IMG/VR virus record: IMGVR_UViG_3300027777_000001
Span: 1 to 64,000 of that record
Direction: 5' to 3' (one strand)
DNA length: 64,000 nucleotides
From: a virus
Part shown: in pieces, positions 20,053 to 30,008 of the stretch
Layout of the letters: each line of letters starts with the position of its first letter
How positions within the stretch are numbered: the first letter of the stretch is position 1
The notes under the pieces: generated by a model
Database searches by the model: none
What the model was told of the DNA's origin: nothing
The model's input: only the letters and a program-made list of their open reading frames with translations
Program-made: the position numbers and the translations under genes

Positions 20053-22236
20053 CTAGCGCTTGGAAAGCGCCTTCATGGTTGTCATCATGATGGTTCCGAT
20101 GATCTCTGCTTCAGGTAACTTGTCAGGGATCTTGTCGTTCAGTGCCATCACTCGAGTGCGAATCTCTTCATGGTCATAGTTGTCATCGACCAAGATCAAA
20201 GCAAAACGCAGCAACATATTGTTACGATTCCCATCGCCAATGTTGTTGATGACCCAACGCTCCAAGTTATCCATGGATTGCTGAGAGTCGTATTTAGCCT
20301 TGTATTCCTCATTTCTTGAAGTCTTAGGAATGAAGGGCAGGGCATCTAACACTTCACCATCGTTGTACTCATAGCTCCCGTTATGGGCGAGCCACTTGCG
20401 AGAACGCTGGTTGGTGGCAGTGTCTACAGCGAACGGCAACCATTGGTAGATATGCGTCATAAAACTCTTATAGTCCTTAGCATCAAGGGCTAGTTTGTAG
20501 TTAATTGGCATAATGATTCTGAATCGGTTTTCCTGATCCGTGTGACGCTTGGTGGTATGGAGTAAGAATTTGTAATCCTTGAGAGTCTCCTTAGCGGCTT
20601 TTATACTGACGCTTCCTTCTACGTCTAAGACCACCAAGTTAAATCCTGGGATTGCATTCTCTTCATTCCTGTACCCACCCGTTAGATGGTGAGATACCCA
20701 ATGCAAGCCTTGGTGTTGGGTCAACACATGGAGCTGATCAAAGGGTGCGTACTCTGCACAGTAATCAGTAGTGATATCTGTGGAGTAACCCACAACCATC
20801 TTATTAATATCAGTCTCTTTGAGAGTCTCGCCACGAAAGAACTCGATTCCATCAGAGATTGTTTTCTTGATGATGATGTTGTTCCGGTAGCCATGAGAAA
20901 TAGCTAAGGACATCATCTCAGCTCTAGCAGGGGCTGTCCCTTTATAGAAGGGCAAGTCTTCCACTAAATCTGCTTGGGTTGCATCACAACGAATGTTGGC
21001 TAAATGCTTAGCCAGTTTCATATGATTACGATCCCGAGTGAGCATCTTGTTAAAGGCTTCACCAGATTCTTCAGCCAACTTGATTGCGTTATGGATATGG
21101 TCTGGTGTGACCGAAGGAGATTCATCTACAAAGGCATAGGCTCCTGCAAGCTTTAAGACTTTGAAATAGCGATGATAAAGTTCATGGGCATGAGACTCTT
21201 GGTTGTCGCTGTACTCTGCAGATTCCCGTTCACATTTTTGCTTGTATTCAATCAACAAGATACTAGTCTCTCTCGAGATAGTCAGGTTGCGATACATATG
21301 GATTGGATCAGCAAGGTTTTCAAATATCTCAGAAATTTGATCAATGAGTGCATCATTCGCTGGGCTAGTTTGACGATCGTAGACTTCCTCAGGCGTGAGT
21401 TGATTTTGTGAATCAATACGTGGCGAGGAGCCAAAGAAACACCGTCTTGCATAGCCTGTATCTAATAGTGAGACAAAGCCTTCCTCAGTCTTACCACCAT
21501 CAAACAATCGATTAGGTACACCAAACAACAACATATTGGTAGGCGTACGATCTGCGATCTCTTCGTTCCGAGATTTGACTGCTGTTTCTAAGCGCAACCT
21601 TGGATCCATTAAACCAAGGTCATAGAGCTCTAAGAAAGAGGCCATGGCTTCGGTTTCATTAAGAAGGTGCGAACCAATCTCATCAATCTGTAGATTGACT
21701 GAACCCGCTTTAGCCATTAACAAGATGTGACGCATCTGGTCAATACCTGCACCCGTTGCTTTGTTAAAGCTAAATAGAAACTTACCGCAGGCTTTGTATT
21801 CAGCCTGTACTTTCAGAAGGGAATCGTCAAAATCAATTCCATCTCTTGCAGCACGATACAAAGCGAGCTTGTTAAGATTGGCTTCTGCTACTTGGGGTAG
21901 GGTTTTTTCTAAGAAGCGAGTTTTAAACTTACCCAAAATATCATTCTTCATAATATTGCAGGACTTGGTTTTCCCCGTACCTGAGGGGCCAAGAGCTAAG
22001 GCAAACATACTGACGGGAAGATCTCCATTACCTTTGGTGGCAATGTTGATTCGCATCTGTGCTGCTGCCATACAGAAGAAATACCCAACAATGACTCGAA
22101 AGAATAATCGGTTTGGATTATCCGTCTTGTCGCATAGCAAGGTAACTAACTTCTCAGCCATGGGATGAAAGGTCATCTGATCAGGCGGCAGTAACATCGG
22201 AATGCGTGGTGCTACAGGTGCAAGGTTAGGTAGCAT
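20053..22236 (-). CDS. DNA primase, N4 gp43-like
   Basis: 727 aa; P-loop GPSGTGKT; C-terminal primase/PriCT-like GNRNNML; synteny. Confidence 0.8.
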   Translation of the reverse strand: MLPNLAPVAPRIPMLLPPDQMTFHPMAEKLVTLLCDKTDNPNRLFFRVIVGYFFCMAAAQMRINIATKGNGDLPVSMFALALGPSGTGKTKSCNIMKNDILGKFKTRFLEKTLPQVAEANLNKLALYRAARDGIDFDDSLLKVQAEYKACGKFLFSFNKATGAGIDQMRHILLMAKAGSVNLQIDEIGSHLLNETEAMASFLELYDLGLMDPRLRLETAVKSRNEEIADRTPTNMLLFGVPNRLFDGGKTEEGFVSLLDTGYARRCFFGSSPRIDSQNQLTPEEVYDRQTSPANDALIDQISEIFENLADPIHMYRNLTISRETSILLIEYKQKCERESAEYSDNQESHAHELYHRYFKVLKLAGAYAFVDESPSVTPDHIHNAIKLAEESGEAFNKMLTRDRNHMKLAKHLANIRCDATQADLVEDLPFYKGTAPARAEMMSLAISHGYRNNIIIKKTISDGIEFFRGETLKETDINKMVVGYSTDITTDYCAEYAPFDQLHVLTQHQGLHWVSHHLTGGYRNEENAIPGFNLVVLDVEGSVSIKAAKETLKDYKFLLHTTKRHTDQENRFRIIMPINYKLALDAKDYKSFMTHIYQWLPFAVDTATNQRSRKWLAHNGSYEYNDGEVLDALPFIPKTSRNEEYKAKYDSQQSMDNLERWVINNIGDGNRNNMLLRFALILVDDNYDHEEIRTRVMALNDKIPDKLPEAEIIGTIMMTTMKALSKR

Positions 22237-22245
22237 TAAAGCTCC

Positions 22246-23229
22246 TTATAGAATGAGATCACCCTGAGCAATCAGGGCATCTTTTTGTGTACATACAGGG
22301 AAGGCTTGGCAATACTTGCAAGCCGTGACTTGACCAGGGACTTCTTTAACAATGCCCACACTTTTGTCTTCGATGTACATGAGCATGGCATCTTGGTAAG
22401 AAGTGAAATTTTTAGTGCTGCGAGTAGTCTTTGCTGGATTCTTGTAATACTTAAATACAGCTTCGCTTCGCCACAGATCTTCATCTGAGCACTGAGGAAT
22501 CTCATCCTCATCAGCATCCCAATATTGTTCAATCTTGTGGAGCTTGCCTCGCACAAATGCGTCTGTTTCACTAACAGTCTTTAAATCTAAGACTCGAGTG
22601 AGGATGTCATTTTGTGGGTAGGTTGGATCAGCCTTGGCTTTATGGGGTTCCCAGTTTTTAAATAGGAACTGAATCGCCATCTGATCTTCGGTAATGATGT
22701 CTGGCCTGAGCCAACGATAGATACTTCCTTGCAGGATGTAATTCGTATCGTTCGTATGTTTCATTGCAGTGTAGGTTTTGGTAGATTTGAAATCCTCTAC
22801 TCGTCCATCACCTACGAAGTCAAACTTACCTGATACGGTATATTTGCCGACTTGTTTATGTCCCCGTTGCTCGAGATACACAGGGATACAACCCTCAAAG
22901 AGATCATCATTACTTGGATTGATACGGACTCGATCAATTACCTTTAAGGGGAATCCTAGAGACTGCATCGCTGAGTGATGGTTGGTTAGCCAAGCACGCT
23001 CAATAGCGTCATGGATCGCTGAGCCAATGCGAGATGGTGCCATGCGTCTAAGATCCACAATCGAATCTGTAACAGGAACTCGAGCACCTAGGATGATCTG
23101 ACGTAAGGGTTTGATGAGGGTGGTAGCCGAGATCGTATTAGGATCTGGGTTGTAGTCATAGTTATCTGTGGCAAGGAATACCGCTAGTGATAGCGGCACC
23201 TCACTCACATTGGAGTAAAGCTGGGTCAT
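22246..23229 (-). CDS. PD-(D/E)XK exonuclease, N4 gp42-like
   Basis: GSAIH, GKFD, EDFKS, Q..IY motifs and C-terminal CKYC..FPVC. Confidence 0.8.
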   Translation of the reverse strand: MTQLYSNVSEVPLSLAVFLATDNYDYNPDPNTISATTLIKPLRQIILGARVPVTDSIVDLRRMAPSRIGSAIHDAIERAWLTNHHSAMQSLGFPLKVIDRVRINPSNDDLFEGCIPVYLEQRGHKQVGKYTVSGKFDFVGDGRVEDFKSTKTYTAMKHTNDTNYILQGSIYRWLRPDIITEDQMAIQFLFKNWEPHKAKADPTYPQNDILTRVLDLKTVSETDAFVRGKLHKIEQYWDADEDEIPQCSDEDLWRSEAVFKYYKNPAKTTRSTKNFTSYQDAMLMYIEDKSVGIVKEVPGQVTACKYCQAFPVCTQKDALIAQGDLIL

Positions 23230-23588
23230 TGGGTGTCCTTGCGTTGACTGTCATTGAGGTGAAGCCAACGGGTTAACGAATCCCGAGCTTCTTTGATATT
23301 TGTGTAGGTGGATTGCCCAACAGTAAGGACTCCGGATAAAAGGAGTAATTTGCTGGCGTGGTGTAAGCAGCCTGAAAAATCTTGGATTTGAAATAAGTGA
23401 TGTACGGCGAATACATCTACTTCTGTCATATCCCCCACATCCCTGTAATAGGCTGGGTAGCGTGCTGAAAGACTTCGCTCTGAGAGCGTTTCATCTGCGT
23501 TAGCAGTGTTCTCTAGGCAGGTAGTGCAGAAGTCATTGGGTGGTGTTACAGGTGTAGTACAACCCATCGATTTGCATCTGGTGGTCAT
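23226..23588 (-). CDS. Hypothetical protein with N-terminal Cys cluster
   Basis: Start placed at MTTRCK; C..C/CTTC cluster then DVFAVHHLF segment. Confidence 0.55.
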   Translation of the reverse strand: MTTRCKSMGCTTPVTPPNDFCTTCLENTANADETLSERSLSARYPAYYRDVGDMTEVDVFAVHHLFQIQDFSGCLHHASKLLLLSGVLTVGQSTYTNIKEARDSLTRWLHLNDSQRKDTQ

Positions 23589-23683
23589 TAGTGTCCCGGC
23601 GTCTTGGACGCTGTGTGGAGAGATCAGAATCGACCTCTCCCTTTGTTGTGCATACAAGCTCACGGAGTGAGCCTGTTTACTAA

Positions 23684-25411
23684 CTATGCTGCACAAGCAA
23701 TGCATTCATCTTTAACTACCACCCCGCTTCGGGAATAGATGTAATACTGACTCAAACAGTTTGGATCTAATAGAACAAGCGTCATTAGCTCGGCAATCAG
23801 ATCCTCGCTTCCATCCTCAGGCACATAGAAATTCAGTGACTGACCTTGGCAGGTATGGAGTTGGCGTTGGGATGCATGGCGTAGAAGAATCTTTTGATCC
23901 ATCTCGAATGCATTTAGAAAGACTAGTTTCTCTTCAGCGTTAAGCCAGAGAACGTGCTGCACACTTCCCAAGTGATCGATGATGTCTTGGATCGTGGCTT
24001 CGTTATAAACACCCTTGGTTTTCATCAGCTCATAAATGATGGGGGTGATTCGACGAAGCTCTCCAACTGAGGAGCCTGCATCAAAGACCATACCGGGGTC
24101 TGGGAACCACGATTCACTCACACCACCCATAAGTAGGGCTGTGGTCTTGGTCGGTGCATAGGCGGTTCTATGGGTGTTCCTGACCCCATAACCCACGCAC
24201 CATTCAGGCTCACCATGAAATCTGGCTAACCATTCACTAGCCTCAAGAGATTGAGTTTGAATATGTCGAGCCATCTCGGTAGACAAGAACTGGGCTTCTA
24301 GTCCGATGTAAGGTATGCCCTTGGCTTGGAGGTAGGTATGAAAACCCATTGCTCCTAGACCCACTGCACGACCTTTGATGGTGAACTCTCGAACCTTCTC
24401 CATGCCAGGGATATTTGCACTGGCTTGGATAAACTCTGAGCATAGGCAGTCTAGGAAGACCGTTGCTATAAACACAGAGTCTGTCTTTTTAATCCTGTCC
24501 CAATGCACTAGGTTCAGTGAGGACAGGATGCAAGAGTAAGTAAGCTCTTCGCTCGAGTGAAGCATGATCTCAGTACACAGGTTCGTAGCAACAATCTCTA
24601 AGCCATGGTCTTTGTACATCTGAGGACGATGACGGTTAGCCTTGTCTACGCAGAAGATATAACCCTTGCCTGTGATGAGCTTGACGTAGAGAGCCTTGGT
24701 GAATCGCTCCCGTGCTTCTGGATCATCGGCTAAGAGACGTTCGATAAACGTGTCTCGAACCACCCAGCCATAGTTACGACCATTGGGTTCAGCCACAAGT
24801 TTATCGATAGCTTCATGCCAGTCAGGGTGTTCAATGTCTAGGTAAGCTGCGAAGCTTCCACGACGATTCCCACCTTGGCTGATCTTGCTGGCGCAGGTAA
24901 AGAAGTCTTCGATAACTTCTACAGGGCCATTAGCAAAGCCACCATGACTAATAGGAGTGCCCCTAGCTCGAATGGAGGAGAACTCTCCACTGGTTCCAAA
25001 CGCTTGCTTAGATAGGAGCGCAGTCTCACGTAGGTTTGAATAAAAAGAGTCAACATCGTCTTCTACCTTTTGTCCAGAACATGAAACCATGAGGCCTCGA
25101 GTGGTGCCTGTGTTAGACAGTGCTGGTGAAGCTGGAGATAAGACCCCATCCCAGAGCTCACGAAAGAATCTCCCTTCCCAGAGTTCTTCCTCACCCACCA
25201 TATGGCGAGCCAGAGTCTTAGCAATAGTCTGGTGTCGGCCTTTGACTGCGGCCTCACCAACGACTGCGTACTTACTCTTAAACATCTGCCAGCCTTGGGT
25301 TGAATACCAGAGAGGTAAGTCACCCTTGGCTTGTAGTTCTTTACGTTCAATGCTTAGTCGTTCAAACTTATGAAGTGTTGCGGGATCTAGCCCTGTTGGA
25401 TCAAATGACAT
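23684..25411 (-). CDS. nrdA: Class I ribonucleotide reductase alpha subunit (short, no ATP cone)
   Basis: SPASP, VSCS, NLCTEI, APTKT, QSLN, SQYY motifs and C-terminal CIAC. Confidence 0.92.
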   Translation of the reverse strand: MSFDPTGLDPATLHKFERLSIERKELQAKGDLPLWYSTQGWQMFKSKYAVVGEAAVKGRHQTIAKTLARHMVGEEELWEGRFFRELWDGVLSPASPALSNTGTTRGLMVSCSGQKVEDDVDSFYSNLRETALLSKQAFGTSGEFSSIRARGTPISHGGFANGPVEVIEDFFTCASKISQGGNRRGSFAAYLDIEHPDWHEAIDKLVAEPNGRNYGWVVRDTFIERLLADDPEARERFTKALYVKLITGKGYIFCVDKANRHRPQMYKDHGLEIVATNLCTEIMLHSSEELTYSCILSSLNLVHWDRIKKTDSVFIATVFLDCLCSEFIQASANIPGMEKVREFTIKGRAVGLGAMGFHTYLQAKGIPYIGLEAQFLSTEMARHIQTQSLEASEWLARFHGEPEWCVGYGVRNTHRTAYAPTKTTALLMGGVSESWFPDPGMVFDAGSSVGELRRITPIIYELMKTKGVYNEATIQDIIDHLGSVQHVLWLNAEEKLVFLNAFEMDQKILLRHASQRQLHTCQGQSLNFYVPEDGSEDLIAELMTLVLLDPNCLSQYYIYSRSGVVVKDECIACAA

Positions 25412-26423
25412 CAGCGAGTTCCTTCCTGAAAGTTAGACGGTGCTTAGCCCAATTACGGCTGTACTGAAGTTGGGTGGCTGCAAAGAAGTCTGGGACTTTC
25501 ACAGAAGACAGTTGTTGGTAGAACCAGTTGGAGATGACACCATTGGTGTGATCAAACATAGGTGGCATCTCTAAGCGACCCAAGACCACATTGATTCGAT
25601 CCTCTAAGAAGTGGTTGAGTTCTTCCTTAGTCACGACTCGATTACCTGGGATCTCAAAGAGCAGATCATTGATTCGACGTTCATGGTCAGTCACGGTCTG
25701 AGCCATTTCCCAGATCTTGTCGTTCAGTAAGACGTTATCTAGAAGGCTGTGATTACCCTCTGACTTACGCTCAGCTTTGCACTGGCGATGCAGGTTGGCA
25801 GAAGCGATGGAATGAAAGTTCTCATCCTTAGCTGAGCCATCGATTCCAGCTACAAAGTGAGGGATCAGGTTGAACCCTCGACTGTTGAAACCTTTGAAGT
25901 ATCCAAAGGCTGTGAACAACACAGCACCTTCAAGGAAGGCTAGAGCTGCTGTGACTTCTAATGGATTGTTACTTCCAGCAAAGCTCTTAATGAAGTCAAT
26001 CCGATCTGAAAGGATTGGGTCTTTTTTCCATTGGGTGTAGAACTCATCGGTAGCGTTACCCATGACTTCATTGCCCAAGTTATAGAAAGGAGCGTGGCTG
26101 CCCAACTCTACGTTTGCAAAGCACGCACACATCCTTTGGATCTCTGGACGAGGAAAGAGTCGGGCAATCCTGTTACCCCACATCTCTTCGCCACCGATCA
26201 TCAGCTCATATTGGGTTAGAACAGATTGAGCTGTTAATACCCCATGACGCTCAGATTCGTTTAGCCCTACACGAAAGTCCTGCTCATCGTCCTCGACACC
26301 TAACTCCTCAGCAGGCCAGAAGATGGCTTGTTGGGAGATTGCCATTTCAGTAGCCCACGGGTATCGGGCAACATAAGAATCTGTGGGAGATTCTATTTGG
26401 CTTGGATAGATTGTTTTATTCAT
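25401..26423 (-). CDS. nrdB: Ribonucleotide reductase beta subunit
   Basis: FWPAEE, E..H...Y (ELGSHAPFY), LEG and DENFH di-metal motifs. Confidence 0.92.
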   Translation of the reverse strand: MNKTIYPSQIESPTDSYVARYPWATEMAISQQAIFWPAEELGVEDDEQDFRVGLNESERHGVLTAQSVLTQYELMIGGEEMWGNRIARLFPRPEIQRMCACFANVELGSHAPFYNLGNEVMGNATDEFYTQWKKDPILSDRIDFIKSFAGSNNPLEVTAALAFLEGAVLFTAFGYFKGFNSRGFNLIPHFVAGIDGSAKDENFHSIASANLHRQCKAERKSEGNHSLLDNVLLNDKIWEMAQTVTDHERRINDLLFEIPGNRVVTKEELNHFLEDRINVVLGRLEMPPMFDHTNGVISNWFYQQLSSVKVPDFFAATQLQYSRNWAKHRLTFRKELADVI

Positions 26424-26453
26424 ACTGCTCCTTTAGATTATTGGGTTTATTTA

Positions 26454-27191
26454 TTAATACTGTCCCTGAGTGAGGGCGTGCCAACTCACGGGATATAAAG
26501 GAGCAATAATCTCGCCTACTGAATAGGCAAGTTCTTGAATCTCTCTTTGAGCGTGGGAGTCAGTACGTTGATTAAAGAAATTAGCAAATGCGTACAGAGA
26601 ACCAGTCCAGAGCCAATTAACTTCCGTACCTTGAGGTAGGATTAATCTGGCTTGTTCTGGACAAATACCGTCTAGGATCATTTGGCTATATAGAATCAAA
26701 CTGGTTTCACAATGAGATTCATACATTTTTAAATGCCAATCACTTTGAGGGTGTATACCTGCGCTACCTTGTTTAACTGACTCGGCAGCTTGTCGAAAAT
26801 GGGTAGGAATATATATCTCTGGAGTCGAGGAAATATACCTACGACTTTCCTCAGATTCCACAAAGCCAATCTTGTGTTTAAAGGCTTGTCTAGCTATGGG
26901 AACAGGGGCTTGCATACGGATGGAGATGTGTGGATGCCCGAATGGAACCCAGTGTTCTGGGATCGATCTGAGGTACACAGCGAGCTTTCTAGCCTCGCCT
27001 TGATCATCGGTATTAACCATTTGATCAATTAATCCTTCCCAATCACCTGAAGCCATCCCTCTGGCTAGGAATCGGATTAAGTTGTTATTCTGTTTTTCTG
27101 TGAAGTTCTCAGCTAGATTAGCGAAGCTTTGCCTAGCAAAGTTAGCGACGTCGGAGTCGCTGAGATAATGATTTTGATACGTTGCTTTCAT
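26454..27191 (-). CDS. thyX: Flavin-dependent thymidylate synthase
   Basis: HWVPF, ARQAFKHK..ESEESRRY, EQARLILP, HAQREI. Confidence 0.92.
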   Translation of the reverse strand: MKATYQNHYLSDSDVANFARQSFANLAENFTEKQNNNLIRFLARGMASGDWEGLIDQMVNTDDQGEARKLAVYLRSIPEHWVPFGHPHISIRMQAPVPIARQAFKHKIGFVESEESRRYISSTPEIYIPTHFRQAAESVKQGSAGIHPQSDWHLKMYESHCETSLILYSQMILDGICPEQARLILPQGTEVNWLWTGSLYAFANFFNQRTDSHAQREIQELAYSVGEIIAPLYPVSWHALTQGQY

Positions 27192-27308
27192 GGAATTTGC
27201 TCTTGAAGATAATGCTTTGGATTATTATCGAGCGAGGTTTATTGTATATCTATTAATATAAACAGATATACTCTATTAATCGCACAAAGCGTTCGCGGAG
27301 CGAAGCTA

Positions 27309-28904
27309 ATGATTAGTCAGGGCATGGTTTGTGGTACAGGTTTAAGTAATCAACCTAAACCCGGAGACCCTAGTAATTATTCAATTCTGAGAGCCAGTCC
27401 CACATTTGGTGGGATTCATGTCTCTTGGACATTCCCTTTGCTTAATCCATTTGCAGTCGCTCATACCCTGTTATATCGGGGAACGAACGCTGACTTTAAT
27501 AATGCAGCTGAATTATCTGTAGTCGCTGGAAGTTCTTATTTAGATCAATTCTCTGGTGGGGATCCAGTTCTTTATTATTATTGGATTAAGTTTGTCTCAG
27601 TCAATGGAACCTATGGGGATGTAATAGGCCCAGCCTCTTGTTGGGCTAATCCCACGGTCGATAGCATTATGGAGTTACTCACCGATAGGATTGATAACGG
27701 AGTCTTAGCTCGGGCTTTAAAGGGTGAAATCGAACGCATTACATTCCTAGCTGATGGGTTGACGCAAGAGGTTACCTACCGTCAAGAAGAGGATGCAACG
27801 CTTGCTCACGCCTATAACGGGCTTCAAGCCAGCTTTGATCAGACTGTGTCTTTGGTACTCACTGAGACCAATCTAAGGTCTACAGCAGATAGTTCCTTGG
27901 CTCAGCAGATCACCACAGTTCAATCTCAATTGGGGGATAACTTAGCCAGTGTTCAGCAATTGATGCAGACCAATGTTCAAGTGATCAACGGGAAGCTTGT
28001 TTCCATCGGTGCTCTCTATACGGTCAAGCTTTCGGTTAATGGTTTGGTAGGTGGGTTTGGAGCCTATAACGATGGACGGACTGTTGAGGCTGGATTTGAT
28101 GTAGATCTGTTCTGGATTGGTCGAACACAGGCTGATAAACGTAAGCCTTTTATTATTAATGATGGTATTGTTTATATTGATAATGCCATGATTCATCAGC
28201 TAACGGCTGACAAGATTGATACCCGTAACCTCACGGTTAAAGATAATTCAGGCAATGTCATCCTTGGTTCTGGGATTTCACTCAATCCTACTTACGCTGC
28301 TGATGGAACTCGCAATTCCGATTTGACCTCCAGTATTGCTAGTGCAGCACAACGAGCAATCTGGGCAAATGTATCGGGAGCTAATCGCCCTGAAGATAAT
28401 GCAACATGGGGGGCTGACTTCGATAGGAATATGAAGGGCAAGATCCATGCTGGCAATATCTGGACGTATATAGATGCTGCAGTCATTGGTGGAGCGTTTA
28501 TTGGGGATGCTGCCATTTCCAATGCCAAGATTGGTAATGCCGAAATATCTACTCTCAAAATTCAAGGTAATGCAGTGAGTTTTGGTGCATCAATTGGTTT
28601 AGGTGGGGCGGCAGACTTCGGTACCTCTGTTGGAGGCACATTAGTAGTTATTGGTTATTCAGACGGATCTAACAGCGAATCAAATCTAGTAATTAATACT
28701 GACGCTGGGGGAAAGGGGGTTGCTCCGGGTGCCCCTATTATAATTTTTTATGATGATGGGTACATTCATGGGCAATATGTTGATCATTGGGGGCCATGTA
28801 CGTGTGTAGCCTCTTTTAATATGGGCCCTGGAAATCATCATATTGAATTTTCACAAGATAATAATAGAGGTGGGCAAGCAATGTGGATGTTCTTCCAACG
28901 ATGA
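27309..28904 (+). CDS. Tail/host-specificity protein (J-like, DUF1983-type region)
   Basis: Fn3-like N-terminus (YYYWIKFVS), coiled coil, YTVKLSVNGLVGGFG, PFII..G.VYID, I.NA.I repeats. Confidence 0.7.
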   Translation: MISQGMVCGTGLSNQPKPGDPSNYSILRASPTFGGIHVSWTFPLLNPFAVAHTLLYRGTNADFNNAAELSVVAGSSYLDQFSGGDPVLYYYWIKFVSVNGTYGDVIGPASCWANPTVDSIMELLTDRIDNGVLARALKGEIERITFLADGLTQEVTYRQEEDATLAHAYNGLQASFDQTVSLVLTETNLRSTADSSLAQQITTVQSQLGDNLASVQQLMQTNVQVINGKLVSIGALYTVKLSVNGLVGGFGAYNDGRTVEAGFDVDLFWIGRTQADKRKPFIINDGIVYIDNAMIHQLTADKIDTRNLTVKDNSGNVILGSGISLNPTYAADGTRNSDLTSSIASAAQRAIWANVSGANRPEDNATWGADFDRNMKGKIHAGNIWTYIDAAVIGGAFIGDAAISNAKIGNAEISTLKIQGNAVSFGASIGLGGAADFGTSVGGTLVVIGYSDGSNSESNLVINTDAGGKGVAPGAPIIIFYDDGYIHGQYVDHWGPCTCVASFNMGPGNHHIEFSQDNNRGGQAMWMFFQR

Positions 28905-29281
28905 ATAGGTACATATCTTTCTACGACCCAACTGGCAAAATCACTGGTATGACTTGGGGAAGTGACTATGTCATGGATATGCATGACAAGTTACAAGGAA
29001 CTCGAGAAGGGCAGAAGCCCTACGTCTCAGGAGAATGGCAAGATAAGCCTGTGTATGTATTGAATGGAGAAGTTACAGATCGACCTGTTAATCCAATGGT
29101 TGTTTCCAATCACTATCTATCGGGCATGGTTCATCCCTGTACGATTGCAATTAATGGTACGGAGTACCACTGTGACTCTTCTACAGCTGACTTAGAGTTA
29201 TTTCACCCCGGTGTATATAAAGTAAAAGTCACTGCTTGGCCTTATTTAGATAGGGAGTTCACAATTGAAAATCCAGCATAA
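28901..29281 (+). CDS. Tail-associated hypothetical protein
   Basis: ATGA overlap with the previous stop. Confidence 0.55.
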   Translation: MNRYISFYDPTGKITGMTWGSDYVMDMHDKLQGTREGQKPYVSGEWQDKPVYVLNGEVTDRPVNPMVVSNHYLSGMVHPCTIAINGTEYHCDSSTADLELFHPGVYKVKVTAWPYLDREFTIENPA

Positions 29282-29453
29282 AGAAGATTATCGATTATTA
29301 AGGTCTCGTAAATATCCCAATATTGGTAATCAATTAGATGCTGTTTTAAAGCTTACTCTTAGTTTAAAAGAGCAGGGAATTAGTATTCCTGTAGAAACCC
29401 AAGACTGGTTAAACCAGTGTTTATTAGTTAAATCTACCTACAAGAAAGATTAA
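29265..29453 (+). CDS. Small tail-fibre-associated protein
   Basis: R...YP.IG.QLDA..K motif seen in fibre-assembly-type proteins. Confidence 0.55.
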   Translation: MKIQHKEDYRLLRSRKYPNIGNQLDAVLKLTLSLKEQGISIPVETQDWLNQCLLVKSTYKKD

Positions 29454-29593
29454 TTAGATAATCCAAGTTTATTATTAACTTGATTATCTAGGGATTATCT
29501 TGCTTAATCGTATAGAATAAGACTATTAGATTATAAAAATCTATTATTTTATTTAATGTAGGTCTCTTTACTGATATATAAAAGGGGTTTGAT

Positions 29594-29989
29594 ATGGGTG
29601 CTTTTAGCAATTACATGGAAGAGAAGATTGTTGAGCATTTCCTGCGAAACAATGCAATCACTCCTCCCGTTACTGTGTATATGGGTTTATTTGAATCCGA
29701 TCCCGGTGAGGGTACTTCGGGTACTGAGACAGCATTCTCTGGTTATGCACGCCAATCTACCGCTTGGACTGCTCTGGATGTATCAGGTCAGACTAAGAAT
29801 GTCGCAGCCTTGACTTTCCCAGCCAATGGTAATGCTTCAGCTTCGGTCACGATCTCACACATGGCTTTGTTTGATGCGTCCACTGCGGGTAATCGATTGT
29901 TCTATGCAGCACTCTCTGCCCCTAAAACCTTGAGTCCAGGGGATGTGTTGTCGTTCGCAAGTAACGCCATTGTGTTTGGTTTGGATTAA
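29594..29989 (+). CDS. Minor tail/fibre attachment protein
   Basis: SNY.E, LF..DP, GYARQ, FP.A, D..T.GN.L pattern. Confidence 0.65.
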   Translation: MGAFSNYMEEKIVEHFLRNNAITPPVTVYMGLFESDPGEGTSGTETAFSGYARQSTAWTALDVSGQTKNVAALTFPANGNASASVTISHMALFDASTAGNRLFYAALSAPKTLSPGDVLSFASNAIVFGLD

Positions 29990-30008
29990 TTCTCACACAG
30001 GCGCTTAA

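Noticed and set aside
22246-23229. Cas4 / CRISPR adaptation gene
   Set aside because: Fits the stand-alone N4 gp42-like exonuclease in its usual position
27250-27265. LexA (SOS) box controlling induction
   Set aside because: CTA-N10-CAG mismatches the conserved CTG; no clean CTG-N10-CAG was seen by eye in the regulatory gaps. A PWM scan would settle it
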